From contig CM059449.1 of the NCBI GenBank assembly GCA_030390025.1, positions 33,294,001 through 33,358,000 on the forward strand: a DNA stretch of 64,000 nt, given 5' to 3'. The notes beneath the pieces were generated by a model. The model ran no database searches and had not been told where the DNA came from. It was given only the letters and a program-made list of their open reading frames with translations. This document shows positions 50,427 through 62,149 of this stretch, piece by piece. The translations under genes were made by a program, and so were the position numbers. This stretch comes from Squalus acanthias (taxonomy: Eukaryota). The number at the start of each line of letters is the position of its first letter. Within the stretch, counting starts at the first letter, position 1.

Positions 50427-51303
50427 TGGTGGAGTAGTGGATGAGGTGGAGGGCAGTTGTAGGCTGCAAAGAGACATTGATAGGATGCAGAGCTGGGCCG
50501 AAAAATGGCAGATGGAATTTAACCCTGATAAGTGCGAGGTGATTCATTTTGGTAGGGCAAATTTGAATAAGGATTACAGGGTCAACGGCAGGGTTCTGAG
50601 GAACGTGGAGGAGCAGAGGGATCTGGGGGTTCATATCCACAGATCTCTGAATGTTGCCACTCAAGTGGATAGAGCAGTAAAAAAGGCCTATGGTGTGTTG
50701 GCGTTTATTAACAGAGGGTTTGAGTTTAAGAACCGTGAGGTTATGCTGCAACTGTACAGGACCTTGGTGAGACCACATTTGGAATATTGTGTGCAGTTCT
50801 GGTCACCTCACTATAGGAAGGACGTGGAAGCATTGGAAAGAGTGCAAAGGAGATTTACCAGGATGCTGCCTGGTTTGGGGGGGAGGTCTTATGAGGAAAG
50901 ATTGAGGGAGTTGGGGCTTTTCTCTTTAGAGCGGAGGAGGATGAGAGGCGACTTAATAGAGGTTTATAAGATGATGAGGGGGATAGATAGAGTGGATGTT
51001 CAGAGACTATTTCCTCGGGAAGAGGCTGCTGTTACAAGGGGGCATAACTATAAGGTGCATGGGGGGAGATATAGAAGGGATGTCCGAGGTAGATTCTTTA
51101 CTCAGAGAGTGGTTGGGGTGTGGAATGGACTGCCTGCTGTGATAGTGGAGTCGGACACTTTAGGAACTTTCAATCGGTTATTGGATAAGCACATGGAGCA
51201 CACCAGAGTGATAGGGAGTGTGATAGCTTGATCTTGGTCTCGGACAATGCTCGGCACAACATCGAGGGCCGAAGGGCCTGTACTGTGCTGTACTGTTCTA
51301 TGT
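50427..51303 (+). mobile_element. CR1 LINE, 3' part (continuation of 45380-47550)
   Basis: Starts TGGTGGAGTAGTGGATGAG, directly continuing ...ACCAAGATTG; ends with the CR1 3' UTR and TTCTATGT. Confidence 0.95.
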
Positions 51304-52433
51304 ATAACTGTGTATCTTTTAACCAAACAGATTGAAGAATAATTTCTGAGCAGCGCAATGTCTGAACCAGGAAGTTTGCGATAGTATTCAATTTCAAACC
51401 AGGTACAGAAGCGAAACAAAGAAAGGGAAACAAAGATTGGATTAAGAGAGAGAGAGAGAGACAGAGAGAGTCCGAAAAGAAACAGAAAGCAAAAGTTAAA
51501 AAAATCTTTACTCTCCAACAATATTTAATAGCTAAAGAAATGAGACTCCACACTTTCAAATTTAGCTTTCCGAGCCAGAGACGTTGTTTGACAGTAATTA
51601 GGACATACCACGCCTTTAAAGGGGCACTTACACTGGTAGGGACAAGCGGTGCCTGTTCCTGGCGAGTTTAGTCCGTATCTATGGGGCAAGTACATTAACT
51701 TCGCACAGTTGAATACATTTCATTGGTGATTCAGACGGCGAGATGACGTTTTCGGTTAGCTCTTGGAGGAGCGGAGCATCTCGGACAGCAACTTCCGTAT
51801 ATCAGCGTTGAACTGCGCACGTGTGGTCGCCAGATTTGCTGTCCAATTTGCACACATATAAAGGGGATTGCTATTAACCTCACAATCTTTTCGCAACAAA
51901 ATACAACTCATTTTAATATATCACACAGTCTCAGAATCTGCAGGAATTCGCTATAAGCACAAATTTTGCGACTACTTTCCAGCAGGCAATGACCTAGCGC
52001 GGCATCAACATACAGCGGCCATTTATTTATCAAGTACGTACAGCATCCTCACGCCATTCAATGTATTTGAAAGGCGAGTCTCTAGGCGAGAGATTATAAT
52101 TGTGCAGCCTTTGTAGGAGCAGGGCATCATGGACAACAACTCCCTGATTTCCGCGCTTAACTGCACACGTGTGGTCACTGGAATTTTCTGTCGGAGTTCA
52201 GTATAATAGGATGAGCGCTGCTAGCGTCACCATTATTACTGCCGCAAATTCCAGCCCAAGAGGAAGTTGGCAGAAACTTGGAGCATTTTATTTTATTTCT
52301 TTGATGGCAGTAATCAATGCCCGCAAAACAAGCACATCAAAACAAAGAGATGATATTATTAGATCGACTGCAGCAGCAGTGATACAGTTCAACAATGTTA
52401 AAGATGAATACTATCTGATTATAAGCGTCTTAC

Positions 52434-52503
52434 CAGGAACACCAATCACTGCAAGAATAGGGTAATAAATGCTTTCTATCTGTATGATTACTGGCTGTCC
52501 CAT
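52434..52503 (-). CDS. GPR139/GPR142-like GPCR exon 1 (MGQPVIIQIESIYYPILAVIGVP)
   Basis: ATG at 52503, 70 nt, phase-1 donor G|GTAAGA. Joins 42783 in frame (G+CT=Ala) to give 327 aa. TATAAAT lies ~75 bp upstream. Confidence 0.85.
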
Positions 52504-52760
52504 TTTCGGAGAGAAGCGACCTTGTCTTTTCGTGTTATGGACCCGCAGATCTTCTGTTTTCAAAACAAGGTCGTATTTATACCTGAGAGAAACCTCAGGT
52601 GACACAAGACCATTACATAATGATTGACATTAGCTCCAGTCATTTGAACAAACAGATTAAGACAAATTGGGTTGACTCCTATTGACCAGGGACACCTTGC
52701 AATGATATTGCCCAGTGAAAGTGTAAGGAGGCCAGGATAATAATCTCATCATTCGTTCCA
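52504..52760 (-). promoter_or_regulatory. Proximal promoter of the intact GPCR
   Basis: TATAAAT at 52581-52575, AATCATTATGTAATG and TGTTTGT blocks, all conserved with 36730-36984. Confidence 0.6.
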
Positions 52761-53129
52761 AACAGAATATTTCGCCATCTCCACTTCTACAATCATGGTA
52801 CCAATCTCTTTAAATTGAGTATATTAATTTATAGCTTCATACAAGGGGATTTGAAGTTTTAAATGCACACATTTGTGGCATATTAGCTTCATCTAGATGT
52901 TAGCTCCATCAAGATTTGTCTTGGTCTGCTTTAACTTATATTAAATCTAATTTACATTCAGGGGCTCCTGTGGTGCACGTGTGATCGAAGAACTTTCACA
53001 GATAAACACAAAAACTGATATAATCTGTAGCAGGCATCTAATCAGCCCCATAGATATGCAGAGAAGTTGGAATTTTGGAGGTAGTAACAGACTTTGCACG
53101 GAGGTAGAAGAAGTTATAATAGTGAGAAT

Positions 53130-54870
53130 CTTAGAATGATACAACAAGTGCCTGTGCCGGCTCTTTGATAGAGATTTCAAATTAGATTCACTCCCCTGCT
53201 GTTTCCCCATAGCCCTGCAAAATGCCCCCTTCAATTATTTATCCAACTCACTTCTGAAAATTATTATTGCTTCTGTTTCCACCACCCCCTCAGTCAGTCT
53301 ATTCCAGATCACAACAACTCGCTGCGATTCCCCCCTGCCCCGCCCCCCACCTCATGTCGCCTCTGCTTCTTTTGTTAATTACTGTAAATCTGTGCATCTG
53401 TTTATCGACCGAGCTGCCAGTAGAAACAGTTCTATCTTATTTAGTCAAAAAAGTAAACTTTCAAGATTTTTAACAGCTTCATCAAATCGCCCCTTAGGAT
53501 CTCTGCTCTAAGGAGAACAACCCCGATTCTCGCGTCATCCACGTAACTGAAGTCTTTCATCTCTTAGAACAATTTTAATGAATCTCATCTGCACCATCTC
53601 TGAGGCCTTGACAGCTGTACTGAAGGGTGGTGCCCAGAATAGGTGACAATACTTCAACTGGGGCCTAACCAGTGTTGTCTAAAGATTCAGCATAACTTGC
53701 TTGCTTTAGTACTCTGTTCCTCTATTTAAAGAATCGTGGGGCCGGTCGGCCTTTTTAACAACCAGCTGTACTGTAAACACTTGTGTTCGTACAGCTCCAG
53801 GTCTCGCTGTTCCTGCACCGCCTATCAAATTGTACCATTTAGTTTATATTGTCTGTCCTCATTCTTCCTACTAATATGAATCACTTCAAATTAATCTGCG
53901 TTAAATTTAATTTGCCAAGCGCCTACCTATTTCACCAGTCTATCTATGACCTCTTGAAGTCTGCTACTATCCTCCTCACTGCTTACAACATTTCCGAGTT
54001 TGGTGTCTCTGCAGGGTTTGAAATTATACCCTGTATGTCCAATTCCAGCTCATAAATAAAAATCGAATTATGTAGTGGTCACAGCATCGAGCCCTGGGGG
54101 ATGCACACGTCCCTCCAGTCGGAAAACAACCGCTTACCCAAACTCTCTGCTTTCTGTCCTTTAACCAATTTCGGATCCACGCAGTCATTGTCCCTTCAAT
54201 CCCATGTGCTTCATTTCTGCTAATATGCGGTACTTGATCAAAAGCCATTTAAAGTCCATATACACAACAATAACCACGCTACCTTCATCCACTCACTTCA
54301 TTAAAGAACACAATCAAGTTAGACAAATATGATTCGCCTTTAACAAATCCGTGCTGGCTTTCATGTATTCATCCATATTTTTCCAAGTGCAGCTTAATTT
54401 TGTCCCGGATTATTGTGTCTAAAACTCCTCTCCTCTCCCTCACATCGACGTTAGGCTGACTGGTTTGTGGTAGATGGTTAATTCCTCTCCTATTGTATTG
54501 AGCAGGGGTATCACATTTGCCATCTTCCTGTCCTCTGGCACCACACCCATATCTAAGGATGAAAGGAAGACTATGGCCAGAGCCTCCACAATTTTCACCC
54601 TTCCTTCCCACAACAACCTTCGATGTAACCCATCTGGACCGGGTGACCTTTGTAGTTTGAGGGATGCCAACCTTTTATGTACCTCCTCTTTAACTGTTGT
54701 TATCGTATCCAATTTCTCTACTGCCTCCTCCTTTACTGAGATATTGGCGGCATCTTGCTTACTGAAGACATCTGTAAACTACTCATTTACTACCTCAGCA
54801 ATGTCCTCTGCCTCCACAGCAAGATCTCCTTTTTGGTCCCTAATCGGCCCAGCCTTTCTTTTACTAACCT
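53130..54870 (-). mobile_element. Degenerate CR1 fragment
   Basis: RSPGPDGLH, AFDQVPH, WIRNWLKDRKQRV motifs and a CR1-type 3' end. Confidence 0.8.
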
Positions 54871-55974
54871 TTTACTACATGGGCAGTTTGTCTACACGAC
54901 TGCCATTTGCATATATTTTCTAAAACACTTAACCGTACGTGATCATGGGATTTTAATATGAGCATTCCATTATTCCCGTAGCAGTGCTGCCATCAACTCT
55001 GCAGACCTGGCAGCCTGTCTAAAAATAGATATGTAATCTGCATGGACTTTCTTTTTTTTCCCGTGACTTTGTTTGGAAATAATTTAAGCAGATAGAAAAC
55101 TAGTTATGTATTGAAAAGGACAGTCTGGTTGGAATGTTAATACACATTTATTAGAAATCGGTTGATTTAATCTCTGTGAATCTGGAACAAATAAAGAACC
55201 TTTTAGTAGAAGGAGCCGGTGTCTATAAACATTAAAACATTGTCTCTCAGGCCCTGTCGGCTGTCGACCTCACACTTTGCTGCATTCAGGGGAAACACTC
55301 TATCTTGATAATATTCCACTGCACACATCACGTCTCAGGCTATACTTCTCTTCAGTTCTGACTGGAGATTGAAATCGATACAACAATGAAATATTTAATA
55401 TCCACCTCCCTCGCATGTCAAAAGTCTGTGAAATAAATGACTTGAACCAAAATTGTTTTTCCATATCAAACTGTGTAAGAAATTATCCCTCGGGGCGGGG
55501 GGTGGGTCGGTAAACCCCTTCTAGATGATCATCGTATTACTCGGTAACTTGCTGTGTCTTCCGGTTTAAATGTATTATTCAGTCTGTAATTGAAATCTGA
55601 CCATTAGATTAGTCCTCATCTAACAACGTGCCATTTTCCCCTTGTCATCAAATTGAGGGGAATGTAATGAACATCCCACGTGATCTCCAGTTGTAATCTC
55701 ATAATTGCTCATCCTGGATACACAAAATAGAGCCAGTAATGGTTCAGTCAGACCAGAAGCGGAAAATCGCAACTCCTCCGATTTCAACTCGCAGACGAAT
55801 TGCGTTTGTTCTGGGAATGGCTGAAAACAGGCTCAGTCGATTTTAACCGCTGCACCTCATTAACATGTCACTCTTAGGTTTCCCAAAGTCACCGCGAAGT
55901 GGCAGGCAGGCCGTTAAAATCGGGCTGTAGGAGGCTGCCACCGGGACCCAGCGAAACAGTCCCCGCACAAGGTA

Positions 55975-58900
55975 AGAACATAAAAACAGAAGAAATAGGA
56001 AGTGGAGTAGGCCATTTGAGTCATCGAGCCTGCACCGCCATTCAACAAGATCATGGATGATCTTCTACCTCAACTCCACTTCCCCACACTATCCCTGTAT
56101 CCCTTAATTCCCTTAGTTCCCTAAAAATGTATCGACCTCTGCCTTGTATATACTCAACGACTAAGCATCCACAGCTCTCTGGGATAGAGATTTGCAAAGA
56201 TTCGCAATCGCTGGAGTGAAGAAATGTCTCCTCATCTCATTCCTAAATGGCCGATCTGTTATTCTGAGACTGTGACCCCGTGTTCTAGATTCCCCAGCCA
56301 GAGGAAACATTTTCTCAGCATTAACCCTGTCAAGTCCGTTAGGAATTTATATGTTTCAATTAGATCGCCTCTGAATCTTCTAAACTCAAGGGAATATGGG
56401 CCTAATCTATTCAAGCTCTCCTCAAAGTACAATACCTTCATCGCAGGAACCAGTCTAGTGAACTTTCGTTACACTCCCTCTAAGTAAAGTATATATTTCC
56501 TTCGGTAAGGAGACCAGAACTGTAAATAGTACTCCAAGAGTGGCCTCACCAATGCCCTGTATAACTGTAATAATATTTATTTACTCTTATACTCTAATCC
56601 CTTTGTAACAAAAGCTAACATACCATTTGCTTTCCTAATTGTTTGCCGTACCTGCATGCTAACTTCCTGTGATTCATGTACAAGGACACCCAGGTCATTC
56701 TGAATGCAAACATTTTCCAGTCTCTCACCATTCAAAAAATATTCCGGTTTTTGTTTTACTTGCCAAAATGGAAAACTTCACACTTACCCACATTGTACTC
56801 CATGTGCCATGTTCTTGCCCACTAAGTCAACCTGTCTATATCTCTCTGCAGCCTCTTTGTGTTCTCCTCAAAGCTTACTTTTCCACCTAACCTTGTATCA
56901 TCAGCAAGCTTGGATACATTACACTCAGTCTCTTTATCTAAGTCTGTAATATTTATTGTAAATAACTGAGGCCCAAGCACTGATCCTTGCGGTACCCCAC
57001 TAGTTACAGCCTGCCAACCTAAAAAAGTCCTGTTTATTCCTACTCTCAGTTTTCTGTCCATTAACCAATCCTCAATCCATGCTAATATATTATCCCCAAT
57101 ACCATGAGTCCTAATTTTATGTAATAACCTCTTGCGTGGCACCTTATCGAATGCTTTGTGAAAATCCAAATACACGACATCTCTGGTTCCCCCTTATACA
57201 TGCTACTAGGTACATCTTCAAAAAACTCTAACAGATTTCTGAAACACGATTTCCCTCTCATAAAAACATGTTGACTCTGCCTAATCATATTGCAATTTTC
57301 TAAGTGTCCTGTTACCACGGCCCTTTTAATAGATTCTAGCATTTTGCCTAATACTGATGTCAGGCTAACTGTCGAAAAGTTTACCGTTTTTTCTCTTCCA
57401 CTTTTCTTAAATAGCTGGGTTGTGTTTGCTATCTTCCAATCATTGGGGACTGTTGTAGTATCTGGAGAATTCTGGAAGACTAATACCAGTGCAACCATTA
57501 TCTTTGCAGCTACCTCTTTTAAAACCCTAGTATCCAGTTCGTCAGGTCCAGGGGATTTGTCGCTACTTAGTCCCATTAATTTCTCCAGTACGAGGTGTGT
57601 ACACCTAACACCTGATTTTTACCAGCTTAAGAGTTTTAAAAAACAGAAAAATGAAATTTTGTCAAAAATGAGTACATTTGAAATCTTGTTAAATAAGGTA
57701 AGTTTATTTTTAGCCCGTTTAAAACATGTGAATTTAGTTTGCAAAAAATTAAATTTTTGTTTTAAATATTTAATTAAATGCAAGTTTAATTAAAATTAAA
57801 TTTGTGTATTTTTTTTATTTATCTGATGTATAGGTGTATTTTTTGCGGTATTTATAATCATGCTTATGGGGTTTCTGTACATACGGACTCCCCATCAGTA
57901 TGAATGGTGTTTCCATTTTGTCATTCATTGGCCCAGCCCACGTAATCCCAGGGATACTCGCGAAACGCCTGCACCCCTGGAATACGTGGGTACCCAGAGA
58001 GTCTCCGTGTTTCCCAAGTACCCAGTTACGTGGATATTTAATTGTGGATCGGAGGCATTTCCTTGCAGAAGCCTCCGACCACAAATTCAGGGCCTAATTC
58101 TTTATTGTACTGATTTCTTTAATCACCTCGTCCTCTATAGATGCTTGGTTCCCCCATTATTTATGGAATGTTTTTGTATCTTCTACCGTGAATAAAGAAA
58201 CAATATATTTTTTTTAATGTCTCTGACATTTCCTTATTGCTCATTATAATTTCTCCTAAATTCCTCAGGCTTACTAATTTTATTGGCAACATTATAAGCC
58301 TCTTCCTTTGATCGATTACTATCTTTAACTTCTCTTGTTAGCCATGGTTGGACCACTTTATCTGTAGGATTTTTGTGCCTTAAAGGAATACATATTTGTT
58401 GTAAATTATGTATTAATTCTTTAAATATTATCCATTGCTTGTCTACCATCATTCCTTTTAATGCAGCTTCCCAATCTACCTTAGCCAACTCGTCCCTCAT
58501 ACATACATAGTTTGCTTTGTTTAGATTTACGACCCTTGTTTTGGACTTAACTAAGTCACTTTCAAACTTATTATAAAATTCTACAATATTATGGTCACTC
58601 TTCCCTAAAGGCCCCTTAACTGTAAGCTTATTAATTAACCCTTTCTCATTGCACAATACTAGATCTAAAATAACCTGTGCACTAGTTGGTTCCTCAACAT
58701 TCTGATCCAGAAAAATATCTTGTAAGCATGAATTCGTCCACCACACTATTACTGCAAATTTGGTTTGTCCAGTCTATATGTAGATTAAAGTCCCCCATGA
58801 TTACTATATTACTCTTGTTACATGCACCTCTCATTTCCTGATTTATTCCCTGACCTGCATTACAACTATTGTTTGGGGGCCGAAAACAACTCCCACCAAT

Positions 58901-60290
58901 GTCTTTTGCACCTTGCCGTTTCTTAGCTTCACCCAAACTGATTCTACTTCTTGATTTTCGGATGCTAAGATCTTTTCTCACTACTGTCTGTATCCCATCC
59001 TTTATTATCAGGGCTACCCCATCCTCCTTTTCCATTTTGCCTATCTCTTCTAAAAGTTTAGTATCCTGGAATATTTAGTTCCCAACCTTGGTCATTTTAC
59101 AACCATGTCTCTGTAATCGCATTTAGATTAAAGTTGCTCATTTTTATCTGCGCTATTAATTCATTTACAGTGCCTTTAGATTTGACTTTGTCCTAGTTTT
59201 CCCTGATGACACCTTAGTCACTGATAACCTATTACCATTGTTACTTTCTCTGTCACTTCCTGGCCCACTCTGCTTATTTTTACTCAAAATTCTGCTCTGC
59301 TCTTGAGGCTTTAAATTTCCATTGAGCTTTTAAATTTACTCTTTGCTGAATCATCCCACAAAACTCTCCTGCTTCATTATTTTAAAGCCCTGTCTACTGC
59401 CTTAGTAATTCGATTCGTCAGGATTCTGCTTCGAGCCTGGTTTAAGTAGAGCCCATACCAACGGAACAGCTCCTTTTTTCCCCAGAACTGGTGCCAGTAG
59501 CCCAAGAAGCAAAACCCCTGCCTCCCACCTCAATATTTCCGCAATGCATTTAACCTTCTAATCTGCTTATCCCTGTGCCTATTGGCACCTGGTTCAATTA
59601 ACAATCCAGAGATTATTACCTTTGAGGTTCTGCTTTTTAATTTGGTTCCCAACTCCTCACCTCCCTCAGCAGTACCTCCTTTCAAGTTCTACCTATGTTG
59701 TTGGTTCCTACGTGGACAACGACATCTGGATCCTCCCCTTCCCACTCCAAGTTCTTCCCCAGCCACAACGAGCTGTCCTTAAACCTGGCACTGGGCAGGC
59801 AACGCAGCCGTCTGTACTCACTGCCGTGGCTGCAGAAAAGAGTATCTATCCCCTTGACTATACAGTTCCCTACCTCTACCACATTCCTTTGAACTCCCAC
59901 GAATTGAATTGCCTCCTGTACCATGGTGCCGTGGTCAGATTGCCCATCCTCCCTGCAGTCTTTGTTCTCATCCGTACAGGTAGAAACTACCTCTTACCTG
60001 TTGGATAAGGCCAAGGAATAAGGCTCCTCCTTCACTATATCCTGGGTCTCCATACCTTCCTGACACGCAGTCACAACCTCCTGCCCCTGACCATTGACTA
60101 ACTCTAAAGTACTTAACCTAAGGGGTTTGAATGCTTCCTGGAACAAAGTGTCAAGTAACTTTCCTCCTCCCTGATGCATCGCAATGTCTGCAGCTCGGAC
60201 TCCTGCTCAACAACTCTGAGCCGAAGTTCCTGAAGTTGCAGGCACTTATCGCAGTTGTGCTTGCCCCTTCTCTTGCCGTCGTTCAGGTCC
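55975..60290 (-). mobile_element. Near full-length degenerate CR1 LINE (ORF1 with SGNH esterase + ORF2), interrupted by a MITE
   Basis: CDKCLQLQELRLRVVEQESELQTL and VVVHVGTNNIG (ORF1); [35 protein letters not shown] (ORF2); 3' tail near 55975. Confidence 0.9.
57590..58095 (+). mobile_element. Partial MITE family A-related copy inside a CR1
   Basis: AAGGTAAGTTTATTTTTAGCCC core and AAATTCAGGGCC end, shared with 30690-31418. Confidence 0.7.
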
Positions 60291-62149
60291 GCTCTGCCCA
60301 TGGCCTTTTCTCATCCTCTGTATTTATGCTGCCGCTCCTCCTCTCAGGATGGATGGACGGAACTAGGCAGCGAAATCGCTTTATGGGGAGGGGAAGCGCA
60401 GGGCAGGTGAAATCCAAGCCTTTCTTACGGGATTCGGAAGAGAACTCCTGCTCTTTCTGGCCCACAAAGAACCATTTTTTTTAAACATACCTTTGTGGGC
60501 CTCTTCTGGCCCTGACTGCTGTTCCCTGCAGGTTTGGCCTAGCGGGGAAACCATTACTGATCCCCGCTAAGGCATCAGGTAAATAAAGCAGGTCGCCGGG
60601 CCGGATCTGCATATTCACAGAGGACCCTGTTGAGCTGGACCTTTAAAATTTCAGTCAGCCAGGTCTGGCTGGGAAGAGAATGGGCATTTGGGCAGCGCCA
60701 TTTAAAATCCCCATCACTTCCCCTGCTTTCTGCCAGATGGGGCACATTGAAAATCGAGGAGCAGTTCGATCATGTAATGGTTTTGCAAATGTCTAAGACG
60801 CAAAGGAGGAACAGAACGAAGGAGAGTTTCTGCTAGGGCAATAGCAGATATATCAGTAACATAGCAGATTAGTTGACAACCCATCAGCTCCACGCTGCTG
60901 CTCAGCAGATCAGAAAAAGACTATTCTAAGTTTACAATTCGTCATAAGTTCATCAGATAGAACACAAAGCAAACAGCTCCTGTTACTAAAAGGCGATAGG
61001 CGAACTGTGGAGAGACCATTGGGCAGATTTTCGCTTGCTGACCAGGCATAAAACTATCATTGTGGATCGGCCCACGTTGTAGAAACCATCCGGTTGTCAA
61101 TTTGACATTAGCACAAAACGGATGATAACACATTGGCCGTCCGTTTTATACACTGTCCATTTTTATTTTCCTTTGACTTCAATGGAGAATGATATCAGGT
61201 GGGTTATAAAACCGGATGCCAATTTGTTATCGACTATTTTGGACAACTGCCGAAGCCCAAGTTCATCCCCGTATTCTTAACCCGCTGTCCTGATATAAGA
61301 CACAGCAAAGGGTTTTGGGCGATTTCTATAAACAGCGGGCCCAAATGTTACATCCAGGTCGGAAGTTGAAAATCTATTCCCATATCACCCCATCAGATCA
61401 GAAATTGTTCATCAGTGTGAAAGGGCTGCAAGCGGAAGATTTGTGTGTCAGGGCTTCGTTCAACTCTGGGGAAGATTGACCCTTTCTCGTTTGATGATGT
61501 GACGTTTAATATTTGGAGGCAAAGTGTGAATAGAATGTCTGATTTAGTGGAATGTGAAAGAAGTGGAGGTGCCCGCGCCATTGCAGCTTAATCTATTGGA
61601 CCACGGTCTAAAATTTCACATGTGGGGAGCAACCTGGGCTGCTGGACACAGCAACACCAATACGGAATCAGCACAACAGCTTCCAGGCAGGTTGGCTGCA
61701 TTGTAGAGAAGCAAAGGATGAATCAACATGAACCAGGTCAAGATGAGAATTTCCTGGTGCATGTGTATGAACTGAATTACAGTAATTTATGCCAGCTAAC
61801 GTGAGTTTACAGACTCAGATTCTGATCAAATTATTAAATTATGAAAGCTATTTAACTGTCGCTGCCCACTCTAAACAAATGGTTAACCAATTATATGATC
61901 AGTCTCGTGTTTGCCGGATGGGGCTGTCATGTAACAATTCACACATGAGTTTATCGCCCACAATGGAAACATTATTTAAGCTTAGTTAGCATGTTTTACG
62001 ACGATTTAAATTGTCAAGCTATCCAAGTTTCGCTTTCTTTTAGCATTTTTAGTGGTATAGCCAATGTGGGTGAAAGGCAAATTTTAATCTTGTCTCTAGT
62101 ATGAACAACAGACAGTTTGGAAACGCAAGCACAGATAACCTCTGCATTG

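Larger units (their letters stand above)
45187..52257. mobile_element. Probable non-autonomous TIR element hosting the CR1 pair
   Basis: ATTTGCGG...AATAAT at ~45187-45209 versus ATTATT...CCGCAAAT at ~52232-52249. The non-coding body is split by the CR1 block. Confidence 0.4.

Noticed and set aside
48865-50778. 637-aa ORF, the longest in the window, as a novel gene
   Set aside because: It is a junction chimera: antisense read-through of the host CR1 fused in frame to ORF2 of the nested CR1, ending at the shared frameshift.
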